A DNA stretch of 64,000 bases, from positions 20,464,848 through 20,528,847 of the forward strand of contig CM120643.1 of NCBI GenBank assembly GCA_051362555.1. The letters are read 5' to 3'. The notes under the pieces were generated by a model. The model ran no database searches. It was not told the DNA's origin and saw nothing but the letters and a program-made list of their open reading frames with translations. Both the position numbers and the translations under genes were made by a program. The stretch is from Lingula anatina (taxonomy: Eukaryota > Animalia > Brachiopoda). How positions within the stretch are numbered: the first letter of the stretch is position 1; each line of letters starts with the position of its first letter. Of this stretch, positions 1-14,177 are shown piece by piece.

Positions 1-2189
1 GTAAGAGATTTGAATGAGTATAAACTTTTATCAGAAGCCAGAGAAGTCATCTTACAGGTAGACAATGCAGCTCAGTTTGACAGCTAAGCACGCTCTGTTC
101 TCCAGTGGCTCGATTGTCGTCATTGGACCACGTGACCACGTAGCTCATTAACTCCCAGGCCGAGCAAATAGGACGTTTTTTAAAGCCAAAAATTTACAAA
201 ATGAGCTTTTAATTTGTGTATTTGGATAAAGATATCGTTAGTTGGGCATGTTTTCTGAAGAATATGTTCCGTTCAGGCCATTCTGACGGCATGAAGCAAA
301 CCCTTTAAGGCCACGTGATTTAACAGAGACGAGCAATAGCCAATCACAGAATACCTAACCATAACATGTGAGATGGGCACAGACGCGGATTTTTCTTGTG
401 CACGTATGTGTACATCTTTTTCAGGAATTTGTACACAGTCGGTGTAAGGTTATCTATGTCGTTTCGTTTGACGAATGAAGAGGATGACCAGCTCACGAGT
501 AAGGTAAAGTTCCCTTTTTTATGATGCAGAAAGCTGTTAAAACGTTAGTTTGAAGTTGGTCTCGGCTTTTTTTATCGGCGAGAAGGGGGGGACTGTTCAA
601 AATATTCTTTAAAAATTAATTTTCGTCCAATATGTCTACATAATATGAAAAAATATATTACTAAAGAAATGAGGGACTGCAGGTAGGACAAAGTTAGGCT
701 TCATAGGCTGTAAACATATATAAATACGCAGATGAAGAACACAGTGGATCCGGTCGTATCCGCCATCTTGAAAATAAAGTTGTAGGATTCTGGCAAATTT
801 GCAAGTTTTTGGAAAAATGTGAGAATGACACGATGTATCGAGTATACATACAGAAAATCTAATACTTCTGCAATACTTTTGGGTGATAAGTTTGTCAAAA
901 TCTTTAAAAAATGGCGATAAATAGCCGTGACATGAGACGCGTTCAGTGATATCCCGAGTTTGATGTCAGCACACGCTATTAACACACCTTTCAGGGTTTT
1001 GCAGTTTACGGATCTTTGTACGATGAAAACATGTTAATGTTAGCTTTTATTTTACACCCAAATATATGTAGCGTGCATTGGGCTATATTGTTCAGATTGT
1101 CACGCAGCTGTTTTAACAAACGAACCATACTTATATTGAACTTTGTAAATTCGGACATTGGTCACGTGGTTTAGACCCAAATTTATGCCCATTTGAATTT
1201 GCACGTTTTAAGTATTTTTAATGGGAAATGATGAATTGACAGCTTGTTTTTCGTGAAATACTAGTCTGAAAGGGTGCATTGGTGTACAAATGAACTTCAG
1301 CGTAACAGCGGGTCTCTGTTTTTTTTACTCCTCTATCGTGGCACTTTTTAGCTCACCAACCTCGTTGTGGGAATGGAATATAACAGGCGTGTGTTTACAC
1401 AATTTTGAATTTGTTTTTATATTCTTAATGGAAATGTCAGTGGGAAATAACAATTTGGATTTTTTTTCTAGCCAGTTCTGAATATGCTTCTTACTTATAG
1501 AAAGTTTTATATGACCCTGGCTGTGCCAGTTCTATTAAATCACCACTTCCTTTGTATACATCTATATCATGAGGACCTTGCTATATTTACCACTTTGTAA
1601 TTGGGTACAAGTATTCTTTTGCTACAGTTGTTGATGATATCCTCCTCTGTAATTAGAACTGATTAGATGCACACCTTATCATGGTTGCAATTTCTATGGG
1701 CGATCTTTGCTATTGTCTAAAACACTATACCTGTGATTTGTCTGACTGTTTTATACCTGTAAAATTAACCTGGTCAGGTAAAATGGCACGTCCAGACAGG
1801 GGACATTATAAGCTATCTGAAACATAGACTGTGATACTTGTAGAAAATTGTCTGGTTAAATTTCCGAATGATCACGCAAGGGGAAAATGTACAGTTATTA
1901 TTTTTACTCTTTTCAGGTCTGTTATGGCCAATGAACATGGGGAAAAGAAAAGGTCACCATCTTCTGTTACTACTCCAGGCAGACAGAGGCTGCTGCTATC
2001 ACAAAGAGATACAGCATAGAATTTTAAATTGAAATAAACTAATTAAATCCATCCATTGTATCTTATACTGCTGTCTGACATTTAATCCTTATTATACACT
2101 TGAAATCTCTATCAAAATCCTATAATACTGCTACATGTACATGCAAATAAATAAGGTACATGTACAAGAATCAAATAATATCCATAATA

Positions 2190-2352
2190 CAGGGGCGGAT
2201 CCAGATATATTTTCTGACAGTCTTCCAAATTATCTTTGCATCCATCCTCCATTTCAACATCATCCGACAAAAAAAAAAAGTTATCGTCAATGGAAACTTG
2301 AAAATCTGACCGTCTTCCGAGAGACCCAGAAGACTGCCTCAATCTGCCCCTG
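2190..2352 (+). mobile_element. ~165-bp hAT-like MITE with 6-bp target duplication
   Basis: Termini CAGGGGCGGAT...ATCTGCCCCTG; ATAATA on both flanks; homologous copies at 40398-40565 (+), 36457-36623 (-) and about 49049-49223 (-). Confidence 0.75.
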
Positions 2353-4170
2353 ATAATACACAGACAATTTACAGGTATATGACATTCTGATAAAAAAATT
2401 GTATATGCTTCCTACAAAATATTAACAACACATTTCTGATCACAGAAAAATGTCATGTGTGTGCACTTTTCATTTTGTGTCAGCAATATTCATGATAATA
2501 AATGCCCATGAAGGTGTACGCCTGTTCAATATGATATGTAAAAGAGTCAGATTTCACAGCCTACCATTCTACAACGTGCAAGAGGACGGGCTTACTAGTA
2601 AGCCTACTTACCCAATGACGTTTACTCTCCACTGACATGCTTTTTAAGAAAACCATGTGAACTGCATTGTTATTTTTATTTTGCTTATCACAAACAAATG
2701 AGTTTTTACTTGTATTGACAACAAAACTAATTACAAGCATTGATTTGTATTTTAACTTCTGATCAAAATAAAAACAACTTGTTATTTCTGACTTATATAC
2801 TATAAGCACGTAAGTAACCTGTGCTGTTATCCAATACCTGAGAGGGCACCTAATGGGCCTGAGAGGACACTGTTGTTTATATATGTCGAAGGTAAACCAA
2901 ATAACTTCGTTAGGTCGTCGTTGTGGAAAACTCAGCTTTTACATAGTCAATTCATTGAAAAATCTGTATCAATGATCATAATGTGTGTAATGTGGTCTCT
3001 GTTATCCAAATTTTGAATTAACCAGTCGATAACATAGGAGTATTAGTGTTTTTTCTGAGGTTTTCGCGGTTTCCGTATGCCAGCATGATGGGCTGAGTTA
3101 AGGATTGTTCTCGCGTATTCTCGCAAGTTAACGGACTACTCTGTGGATTTCCACAGGTTACCCCCCGTCGCTTTGGCCTGTCACTCGTACACTTTGTCCC
3201 GCCCCTTAACAGAGATAGGACAATAGACTGCCACCCGTTTCCATTCCCTTCGATATAATTCCCTGGGCCAAGCAAGTGTAAACATGTCGGAGCGGGACAA
3301 ATTGGGGTTATACCGCCCTACATTTGTACAAGTTAATTTATATAATTTTATTGTGATAATAAAATTACATTATTCTTTTTACTTACTTAATTTTTTTATA
3401 AATTATATTTATATTATTTATCAAACTATTCTCAAAATCAATACAACGCAGACAAGACAAGGATGCCCATTTAGGTCCCTACCCTCGCCTGCAGTTCTGC
3501 ACGTGATTTTTCTTTTAAGAGGTGTTACCCTCATTGAGCAGTGCGAGTGATGCAATGTCACCAGTGCATTGTGGGTAGTTACCTGATTATACTGAGTCTG
3601 TAGGTCCTAGTACAGACTCGTCTGTTGGCAGGACCAACAGACTGGTGAAAATATTTAATGCACCGCCTTTTATAGACCCCAGGTTAAAGTGTCCTTGAAC
3701 CTGACCCATTGTGAGGCCCTTAATATCAGTGTTGTTTTCTTTTCTTTTTTAACCAGGAAGTAAAAGATTGACTTCACGTTCACGACAATTTTCCTTTTTT
3801 TCTGACTCTCTTTCACCTGAAGGAATATTGGTGTTGGGCAGTCTTTTTATTCAATAATGATAATAAATAATTGTAGAAGTAGGGCTACATGTAGTCGCAC
3901 AAAAGCACATTCGATCTATTCTAGGATGTAGTTTCTCATAATTTTTTTAGACTGTTCCATTAACTTACCAACTTTGGACAGCTGGCGAGCCGACATCTCC
4001 GTGCTTTAGATTTCCTCTAGGAATGCTAATTTCAATGTTGTCAGGTGTTGGTCTCGAATCGGCAGTTGCTGATTTTGAGAAAGTGTAAGCTGGTCGGTCC
4101 ATCACCCCCCTTATATACTCTGCCGCAGGGAGCGTGATTGAAAACAAACTTGGCACATCTTGACAGTTTA

Positions 4171-7100
4171 CGGTAAAGTGCCATGAATTTCAAACGGCTC
4201 TTGAATTTCGAACGATCTTAAAATCGGCCGTCTGGAGTTTTTTCTGGACCATGAATTTCGGCCAGTAAGCAATTTTGCGTGATCTTGATTTCGTGAATTT
4301 CGTACTCCTTAAAATCAGCCACTGGGCTATTTTCGCGCACATAAAGATCTAACAGTCGGCAATGTTGCCCTAGCGTACCTTTACCTGAGTACTACGTGTG
4401 TGGCCCAAGGTGTAAGATAAAGATCGGTACAGTTAGTTTAGGACGCTAAACAACATCGTCATCACCATTCATTCAGATCAGAGGAGAATCAATTGAGTTG
4501 TACTGTCGGGCTGTTGTTTCTTTACCGCAGTACTCGGTGTGAGATAACGATCGGCAGTTTTGCTGAGGCGCACAATAGCATTGTAAACAATAGAGACTTC
4601 AGTAACAGAACAAAAGAAGTAATATTAAAAACTGCAATAAATATTACCATTATTGCTTTCTTGTATCGCTCAGATCGTTCATGATCTCCCGCTGATGATC
4701 TTCCGCTAATGAAGTCCCTTGAAATGTACAAATGAAATGAAAAATATTTTTTTAAAAATTATAAATTTCAATGGGGAGGGAGGATTAAAAACAATCGATA
4801 ACGATCTTCTGCTGACACTCTTTCGCGAACGAACTCCCTTGAATGAATATGAAAATTGCCTTCTCGTCTCACTTAGATCGAGAACGATCTCCGGCTGACG
4901 ATCTTCCGCAAACGAAAGCCACTGAACGAATATGAGCTTTCTCGTTTTGCTCGGATTGCAAAAGATCTCCCGCTGACAATACGAAAATTGCCTTTTTGTC
5001 AATCAGCTTTGTCAGTTGCCGTGCATATGAAGGTCCGGAAGGTGTCCCCTTTCACAAATTGGCGGTTTGTTTGCTTAGAGTGTTTTGTACCGCATGAAGG
5101 TCACTCTTGTCACTGCTGCATACAGCGTGGAATGTGTATCTTAAAGTTAATAGAAATATTTTATTGTGTTTTGTAAGCTTTAGGAAGTAGTTTCGTCGTG
5201 ACTGAATATTAGCGTAAGTAGTACCATTCATCTGTGGCGCATCATAAAAGCTGGGTACGTCAAATTACTCTTAGCAAACTTCTTACAATGTCCACGGCTG
5301 TCCCGACAAGCCAAGATTACATTTTTTTCAAAAAAAAAAAAAGTCGTAAGCTGTCTAGCCATCTTTGAAAATATAGGCCGTCCGGTGAGGTCAGCGTCCG
5401 TCCAAATGACGGCTGGACAGTTCGCTGGGAAAAGCCTTGCTCATTACGGTATATTTATTTAACTAGGGGTTTACTGACACAAAATTTGGGCACTTATATA
5501 GATTGTGCCTGCTTGTATCGATCTAAATTCTGAATACCGGTGCGGTACTGCTGTTTGATGTGGTTTGCTGTACTTATCCTGAGTGCTCAAAAATAATCTG
5601 AAAAACAGAACGCTCGGATCGTTGTACTATTATAACGCCTTCTTGTTATTCACTTCGTGATATGCACTTCATGGTCAGCTTCTCTAGGTTGAACTTATAT
5701 ATGACATCACCCAGCTTACATGCGGGTGCATGCCTCCCAAAATGAACCAATTATATTAAAGGATAAAGTTCTAATACATTTTAGTTTAATTGTTTGTACA
5801 TTTTGTAAAAATTGCCCATGTCACCCCGTTAGTTTGGAGGGTTAAGCTGGATCAAGTCCGTGTCAAAATTCAAATCTTCATTTGTTCATTTCTTTCTCTG
5901 GCGCCTTGTTTAGCCCGATGATCAGATTTATCTAGTGCCCCCAGGCTGGGGCAGCTCTTTGAAAATAACGCACAGGTAGATTTTTACCTGAGATAAATAT
6001 TGCCAGCAAGAGTGCGTTCGGTACACTCAAGACAAAAAATACCTGTGAACTGAAGGCACTTTACCATCTAATTAAGAGGTAAAGGAAGTTCCAGCTATAT
6101 GGAAGATTAAGATCGGACTTCTGATGGTAACTAGTATTGTTTACCTCAGTTTTGTGAAAGCAAACGAGAAGGGTGTCAGAACAATGGTGCATATATAAAT
6201 TATACAGAGGATTTGTAAATTCAGGTAACATTAACTTACAATCATTGAAAAATACACTAAATTTATAGAGAATAATATCCTGGTTTGCCAAAAAATTGTA
6301 CGCACAGTGTAACCGTGCATATGCGAGGTTACGCCCCTGTGACGCAAATCATTTCCCCCTGACTATATGAAAATTGCCTTCTAGCACGGATAAAAAGTCC
6401 AAGCTTTTAGGCTTGTTCGGAACGCTGACGATCTCTTGCTGATGAATATAATAACGAAGTCCCTTGAACTAATGTGGAAATTGCCTTATCCTCGTGCTCA
6501 GATCGCTCACGATCTCCCATTGACGATCTTCCAGTCCCCTGAACGAATATGAAAATGGCCTTTCTGTCTCGCTCGAATAGATGATAACTGCCTTTTCAGT
6601 TTAGTCTAGATTATCTATCTCTCGCAGGTTTGTTTGAAGATGGTTTACATGACAAAATGTACACTCTTTTTAGACGTGTACATTGGCGCAATTATGTGCC
6701 AGGTAATCAGCTGTTGGTCAAGATTGGGTTGCCTGGGTGAAAAAAAGTGGACATCGCACCCTGCACTCAGCCCCCCCCCCCCCCCCCCCCCCCAACCAAC
6801 CATGTATATTTGATCGCAGACAACAGTCAGCGGTCATCTTGGTCGCAGCGCATGGCGGAGAGAGACCGTAATACACAGTTCGGCTGCCGTGGTGAAGGTT
6901 ACCTGTGCGCCGCACATACCGATCTGCGGTCGTAATGGCCTCCCTGCCGAGGCCGGCTTCAGCAGTGAAGGGCGACGTATGCATCGAAGATAACGACCCG
7001 CGCACGGTGAGATGAGGACACACTCGCGCGTAAAGCTCCGCCCGACTTCAACGGTAATTGCAGATAAGGGCTACTTGTACGTGCGACATAGACACCGATC

Positions 7101-7627
7101 GGCTGTCGTCTCGGTTTCAGTGCACGGAAAGGAGCAGCGGTAACATTAAGCATCCACAGTAAAGCTTATTTGGCTATGGTAGACTTTAATCACCTGCCGT
7201 CTCTTCCTCCATCCACTCCCGTTCTGAGCGCCAGGATCGTTTTCGAAAGACAACACTAGTTTCTTGCTGCCAGAATCGCTTTTGAAAAACGACACTACTG
7301 ATAAAGATGCTGTTTTGCGCCCCTAGCCAACAGTACTGATCGTTATCTAGCACCTTGGGCCGTACACAGTGATTGGGTGAAAGTACGTGTATCCCTTTGG
7401 TCGCAATTACCGACACTCACACATTATGGTAACTCTAAATAGATCATCGGGAGAAGATAACAGAAGGCCTAGCGACAAACAGACAACTTCCGGTCAAAAT
7501 TGACAGAATTCCATGAAATTCGAACGTGTGGAAGTTCTGAGCACCTCCATTTCATGAATTTCCGCCAAAACGATCTTTTCCCAAATTTAATTATTTTTTA
7601 CTGATCGAAATTCATGGCACATTACCG
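4171..7627. mobile_element. Non-autonomous TA-targeting TIR DNA transposon (M1; Tc1/mariner-like target) with nested inserts
   Basis: TA|CGGTAAAGTGCCATGAATTTC ... GAAATTCATGGCACATTACCG|TA; a paralogous empty site at about 8473-8510 joins both flanks. Confidence 0.8.
5772..6338 (-). mobile_element. hAT-like non-autonomous element fragment
   Basis: Terminus GTTACGCCCCTG; reverse-complement homolog at about 26602-27180 starting CATGGGCGTAAC. Confidence 0.6.
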
Positions 7628-7635
7628 TAAGTAGG

Positions 7636-8620
7636 ACAAAAGATTTTCAGGTGACACTTTTAATCAGAGCTGCCACGTAAGCTAACAGTTTAATTAATGC
7701 AACCTACAGGTAAATTGAGAGTTCCGATAAGGTCACCTTCTTCCTATCTCTCCACCAACATATTTCTTTATAGACTGCCTTTATTTTTGTTCACTGTTCA
7801 ACAAGGATAATTATCGAAAGACGAACATTGTATGGAGAAGGGATTTTAATTCATTATTTTATTCATGAAACAATAAGCAAACTGCTCGTTTCAGCAAAAG
7901 GACGGGAATATAAAACCATTAATTTAAAATAAAGTTCTTAGAAAGCTGCTTGCTTAAATCATTCCATCAAGATACACGTGAACTAAATCTGGATTGAATA
8001 AGTTGTATAAATAATGTCATAAAAGAATATTTGCTATATGAATATATGCCAGACATTTCACTCATTGCGATAGATAAAGTATTCTGATATAAATTCGAAA
8101 AAAAAAAAAGAAACATTCGTCGCCGGTAATAGGTACTGGTGACAGCCCGTATCGGTAATGTATAATTTGGCAGAACAAGCTTACATGCACCCAATCAAGC
8201 AAATTTCAAAAAACAATTTTTGTAACATATTAATTTATTGGTAATGGTAGCCGGTCAGATTCTTTGAAAACATTATATAACCATGCTGGCAGAGACTTAT
8301 AAAAAAGTGCAATAAAAACAGATTTGCTAGGCCAGCAAGTAGATGAAGTTATCAATGAAGGTTACTTCTGACATAAATGAATTGCGGTAAAAATTATAAA
8401 AATTTTCACCACAATCAAAATAAGCCGTAAAGCCAAAATATCACATAAGATGACAAAATTACAGGTAAGACGTGGCACTTCTTTGACATTTTAAGTCGAA
8501 CAAAAGATTTTGGTGACACATTTAATCAGAGTTTACCTGCCACGTAAGTTAGACTAATAACTCCAACGTACAGGTAGATTGAGATTTTCGATAAGATCAC
8601 CCTCCCATTTCTCCATCTCC
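7636..8620 (+). repeat. Diverged direct repeat, about 120-140 bp (7636-7755 vs 8500-8620)
   Basis: Shared CAAAAGATTTT..GGTGACAC..TTTAATCAGAG..CTGCCACGTAAG..TACAGGTA.ATTGAGA..CGATAAG.TCACC. Confidence 0.7.
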
Positions 8621-9000
8621 GCAATTCTTTGGAGTGTCCGATAAGATCTTAAGGGATCCTGGCACGTGGATTACACGCAATTACTATGATCGTTGATTAT
8701 CTTCCTTAAATGGTTGTTTAAGCTCCGATCATACTTTTTGTCGACTCCATGTTCTTAGAAAACCCTTTTAAAAACCCTTTCTACTAGCATTTAATTTGAC
8801 ATACGGGTCAATGGATATTATCGTCGTCGTCTTAATCTCCAATTGAATACTCTGTGCCGCTTCATAATTAATAGGAAAAAAAAAAGAAAAGCGTGTTTGG
8901 ATAGATTACCCGGCCCTGTTGTTCTTCGTGATCGAAAATGTTGTTAAATGGTTAAAAGGTTAGGGCAAAGCCAGGTTAAACTTGTTCAAAATTTATAATA

Positions 9001-10915
9001 CGGTAATGTGCCAAGCATTTCGACAGGCCCAGTCAATCCGACCACAAAAATTATTTAATAAAATTAATTTTTCTGGGCTCAAACAATTAGTCCATACGTC
9101 AAAATCATGGGACAGAATTTTTTTTTCTCGTTCCGATTGTTCGACCACATCGTCAACAAGACTCGGTAAATTTTCAAGCCAGTGAAATAGATGCTGCATG
9201 CCTCGGCCCTTTGTCAATTGTTGTCCTTTCAATAGCTCTCGTCAATGAGGAAGAAACAATTAATTGAAGATCTAATCTGGAAGCATGACGTACCTGTCTT
9301 TTCCTTTGTCCCCGATGACAATAATAGTGCTTATAGACATACAAATTTTGCTATTAAGCAGACTTGCCCTCGCTGACTGATTCATCACGCCCGTAACTGG
9401 GGAGGGGGGGGGGGTTAAAAAAGGTCTATTCTGGATGAAACCAAATATCGACAGTGGGTAGAATACATCGTAAACACCTTCATATAGACCATATATCGCG
9501 TTTGCTAGCAATAAAAAGTTTGGGAAGAATAAGCAATTTATTTTCAAGTTCGATTGAAATATATATGCAGATGGGGAAACGTTCTTGAAGTCAACACCGC
9601 AAGATCTTACATTTACTACAATCGACCGAAAGATCAGCGGGATTGACCGCCAAGACTTCTTGGCGCCAAATACCACTCGCTGTCAAAATCTGACGAACAC
9701 GTGTCACTGTTCACCTACATGGATAACTGATTTGTCAACAATAAAAATGACGTCTTCCTTAAATCCATGGGAGCTTCATAGAGAGTTCCACTGGGTATTT
9801 ACGTCACCTGTGAGTCACTTTCTATTTCCCCAGATACATGAAATGTTGATAATATTTAGCGTAATCCACGATGAACTCCATTCCTGTGACCCCCTCCCCC
9901 AAAATGGGACCGTCTTCATTAACATGTGGTTTGCGCTATGCTGGAGCAGACCAGATAAAACCAGTCTCTCATTTCTGCATGTGCTCAATTCTCACGTCAA
10001 ATTATAAATGCACCTGTTTTGTGAAAATTATGGCAAGTAAATGCTTTTTTTACGTTCGGGTTGTATCAGTGGGGTTTTCAATATGCACCGTGGTTTGTGC
10101 ACAGTGAGAGTATATAAGTAAGAAAATCGGAAGAATGCCAGCAAAATACTGTATGTCTATCAGCACAGGTACGCTCCGTATTTTGCCTTTTCTCAATATG
10201 TTTTTATATGACATGCTTTTTAAATAAAATACTTAATAGTAATTTGAAGTTACACTGATTTCCGTTTGAGTACCAGTTGGTATTCTTTGATACGGGTGAT
10301 TGAATTTTCTTCGGAAGTACGTATGTCTACGCCTCGACGCTGAGCAAGCCTTGCGGGTTGAAAACAACTGATCTCAGACTGGTAAAAATTAATATAATTT
10401 ATATTTTATTTCAATTCGGTTGATTTCAGTTTTCATATTAAAATTCAAATAGGGCGTACGTAGATCACATAATTAGTTTAAGTCCACTAAAGCTACCGGT
10501 TTCAAATATAAGTGACCGGCCTTTGTTTACAACACCTGTCTCCGGGGAAATACTCGTCCCACTTGTGAAGCGCATCATGAAAGTGATTGTAGGTGAGGGA
10601 AATATATAATTAAAAATTATAATTGTCGTCTTTTTTAATGTTAAGTAATGTTAGCACGTATTGTACACAGTAAAATAAGATTTCAGGAGGATAAAACATG
10701 CCTGAAACACATGTTAGGCGAAAATTGCGGCTTATCTTGCGTAACACTTCCGGTAAAATGCAATACTTCCGGAAAGATGGACATTTTGGCAGATGCCCCC
10801 AACAATCCGACGATATCAAAGGTTTCCATTTGCTGTATTTTAATCAATTTGACCAAACTGACATTCCCATGAAATTAATTAATTAATCTTGGTCGAATTG
10901 TTTGGCATATTACCG
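9001..10915. mobile_element. Non-autonomous TA-targeting TIR element (M2), TIR related to M1
   Basis: TA|CGGTAATGTGCCAAGCATTTCGAC ... GTCGAATTGTTTGGCATATTACCG|TA. Confidence 0.75.
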
Positions 10916-11210
10916 TAGTGTGAGCTGTCATTTCAAGGTAATAATTTGAGCTCAAATCGCTGCCTCAAGGAAAAACGTAAAATACTCCGTCTAATTTGGG
11001 TCATAGATCCTTTATTTTCAACATGCAGAATCAACAACTCATGGGAAATTTAAATTTTACAACACAATTTACAGCAAAAAAATCAGTAACAATGTGCTAT
11101 ATACGCAGCAGTAACTATGTGCTATATACGCAGAAAAAATGTCTATTGAAACAATTTTAGGAGTAACGTTTAATATTGTAACCAAGCCTTGAGAACCAAG
11201 ACATTGTTAA

Positions 11211-12478
11211 GGTAGATCGGTCGTTACGTAATCTGACGATTTGCGCAATTTCAGCGCATAGTCAATCGTCTCTAACAACATTTCAGTCTGTTTTATCAAT
11301 TTAAGGAAATAAAACAATTATCTATAAGATAAACAAACATTATCAACTTGTCTTTAACTGCTGGGTGATTTTCCGATGAGAAATATTTCATAGCTTATAC
11401 AAATGTTCAGAAAATGGCCATGCAGATTGAAGAAAATTCACTAATCAAAACTTAAACTGCGTAACATTATACAGAAAAAAATTGTGCATATCTGACCTCG
11501 ACTTGTCAGTGTAAACAAAGTGTACTGAAGGCATCGCAAGCAAGCATGTGAATGCTGCATTTGATACTTTGTATCAGACGCTTCATTTTACTTGACAACA
11601 CAGTGTTTACGATGGGCATGACGGGCAAAACCGCGAAAAAAAAACGTCTTTCCGTCGATTTCTTGAAGGGCAGTGTTGTTAAAATTTTTCAAGCTATTGG
11701 TGGATTTTTGACTTTTTGAGTGGTACTGGTACATACAACATTAATGAGATTTTTCTGTGTGCTGATTTCCATTTTTTTGGGAAAAAGTCACAAAAAGTGC
11801 AAAAAGTCACATTCATATTATATTCATTACATAAATAAATAACAACGGCAATAAACTATTTTCACATGCATGACATATTTCCCTCTTCAATAAATCTGTT
11901 GTAAAGTTAATGGCTTACACCTTCGCATCAGTACGGCAAATCTGAAAATACATGTAGCTAGTATACTCACTTCAACTGTTAAACATAATGAAAGTTTTAA
12001 ATGTACTTGGATGTCTCTCCACACAAACCAAAAATAAAAATTCAAACGTTAGAAAAAAATTTACTTTTTAGTGAAAAAACACCCATTTTCCTCATTCATT
12101 TGAATGGGGACTAGTGCGTCACGCAGGGTGTAATGCATTTCAGCTTGGCGTAGTTCTCTTGTTTGGTCAGTGACCCCCAATTTTTTTTTGCAAAATTTAA
12201 ATGTACTTGGATGCCTCATTACATAAATTTTTTTTTTTTTAATTCGAACATTAGAAAATCAAAAAATAATGCTTTAGTGAAAAAACACCCATTTTCCCAT
12301 TGAATCGAATGGGGACTAGTGCGATATGCAGGGTGTAACATATTTGGGCATAGTTCTCTTATTTGGTTGGTGACCCCCAATTTTTTTTTTTGCAAATTTT
12401 TAATGTACTTGGGTGTCTCTTCAAACAAACAAAAAATTTAAAAATTCGAACGTAGGAACATGTAATGACTGATCTACC
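11211..12478. mobile_element. Non-autonomous Kolobok-type DNA transposon
   Basis: TTAA|GGTAGATCGGTCGTTAC ... GTAATGACTGATCTACC|TTAA (RR termini, TTAA TSD); internal ~200-bp tandem duplication at about 11995-12450. Confidence 0.8.
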
Positions 12479-12501
12479 TTAAGAAAGAAAATACCATCTA
12501 A

Positions 12502-14177
12502 AACTAGAGGATCAGAGAGGTGATACCGCCTCCGGATATTGTTCCACCAGCTGGAGTAAGTGCCACCACCACCACAACCACTACCACCTGTGCTGTGATT
12601 GACAAAATTAATTAATTGCAATAGACCAGCTCTTAAAATATGCCAAAAGAAGCATAACTGCATATAACCTTTGTAAAAATTGTTTGATCAACCAGTTTTG
12701 GAGACATAAAACTTAGTTCATAGTAAAAAATGGTAAAAAAAATAGGTCAAAGGTCAATTTCAAGGTCACAGATTGTCAGTATATGACTTCCCATTCAAGT
12801 TCAATTGTAGCAATGGGCATATCTCTGCCAGTTTTGTAGATACAAGGGACAGAAAAGTTGCAAAGTTCAGTTCACGGTGAAAAGTAGGTCAAAGGTCAAT
12901 TTCACGGTCACAGTTAGATTGCCAGTATATGACTTCTTATTCAAGTTCAATAGTAACTATGGGCATATCTCTGCCAGTTTTGGAGATATAAAGGAAGAAA
13001 ATCTTGCAAAGTTCAGTTCATGGTGAAAAGTAGGTCAAAGGTCAATTTCAAGGTCACAGTAAGATTGCCAGTATATGTTTTTTTTATTCAAATTCAATAG
13101 TAACTATGGCTCTATCTCTGCCAGTTTTTGAAATATAAGGGACTGAAATGTTGCAAAGTTCAGTTCATAGTAAAAAGTAGGTCAAAGGTCAATTTCAAGG
13201 TCACAGTTAGATTGCAAGTATATGACTTCCTATTCAAATCCGTAGAAACTATAGGCAAAACTCTGCGAGTTTTGGAGATATAAGTGATTAAAAATGTGCA
13301 AAGTTTAGTTCATGGTGAAAAACAGGTCAAAGGTCAATTTCAAGGTCACGTTAAGGTAGCCAGTATATGACTTCCTATTCAAGTTCAATAGTAACTATGG
13401 ACATATCTCTGCTAATTTTAGATTATTTCACATTTTATTTTCACCAATGAATATTGCAACATTGTACTTTTTGATATAGCGCAACTCCTAAACCATATCG
13501 AAACCCCCTTCAGTATTGCGCTTATCAAGTTCTATAAAATGCAAAAAGCCATAGGTCTACAGCATTTTTGGTTTGAGAATTATGGAGAGTTTTCAGTTTT
13601 GCCATTAGATTTTCTAATGGCTGTGTCTCCCGTGAAAATGCACTGATTGACCCCAAACTCTTGAAAATGAAAGAAGTCCCTAATTGAAAACCCCCACTGT
13701 AATATGAGAGCTTAGGTCTGTGCAGTTTCTGAAAATTGGCAGAAACAAATTTTTTTTTGCAAAAAATCCCATTTTTAGAAAATTTTGGCCCATTTGACCT
13801 TGAAATAAAGGTCAAAGGTCAAATCCAAGGGCATATTTGGAATCTTCACATATGACTTTCAGTCAGACTTCTATAGAAATTTTTCCCATAATTCCTTCAG
13901 TTTGGGAGATATTTGGCATTGAATTTTCAAAAATTTTGACAAGGGTGCATTTCAACGAGTGCCACGCCCAGGCCATTGCACCATCTGAGACAAAAATACC
14001 AGGGGGTTCAAGTTGAGATTATATGTGACCTAAATCCAAGAGATGGGGACATGGGCCCCTGCGGTCTAGGAGGAGAAGCAGTAACGGTGACTTGTATCCG
14101 GCGCCAGAATGCGGAGCCGGCGGAGCCGTACGAGACGGGTCGGGACTAAAACCGTACACGCTGGTGGTACTAATAAT
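12502..14177 (+). mobile_element. Helentron-associated (HINE/DINE-1-like) element, family 2, with central satellite array
   Basis: Starts AACTAGAGG; five ~146-bp tandem units; GC-rich degenerate microsatellite-like 3' end; fragments recur at 17835-18460. Confidence 0.6.
12735..13420 (+). repeat. ~146-bp tandem repeat, 5 copies
   Basis: AGGTCAAAGGTCAATTTCA recurs at about 12744, 12887, 13032, 13179 and 13324. Confidence 0.9.

Noticed and set aside
1-308. Possible Kolobok right end (...CCCT|TTAA at 301-308), and a lone start TTAA|GGGACGGATGTACCC at 26001
   Set aside because: No partner TIR was found in the window, so neither can be supported
457-2019. Possible plus-strand mini-gene (MSFRLTNEEDDQLTSK|gtaaag spliced to an acceptor at 1916)
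   Set aside because: Splicing in phase gives a stop after five codons, and there is no recognisable homology
12735-13420. 146-bp periodic array as CRISPR or a nucleosome-positioning system
   Set aside because: Whole units are homologous with no spacers; it is explained as the central tandem array of a HINE-type element
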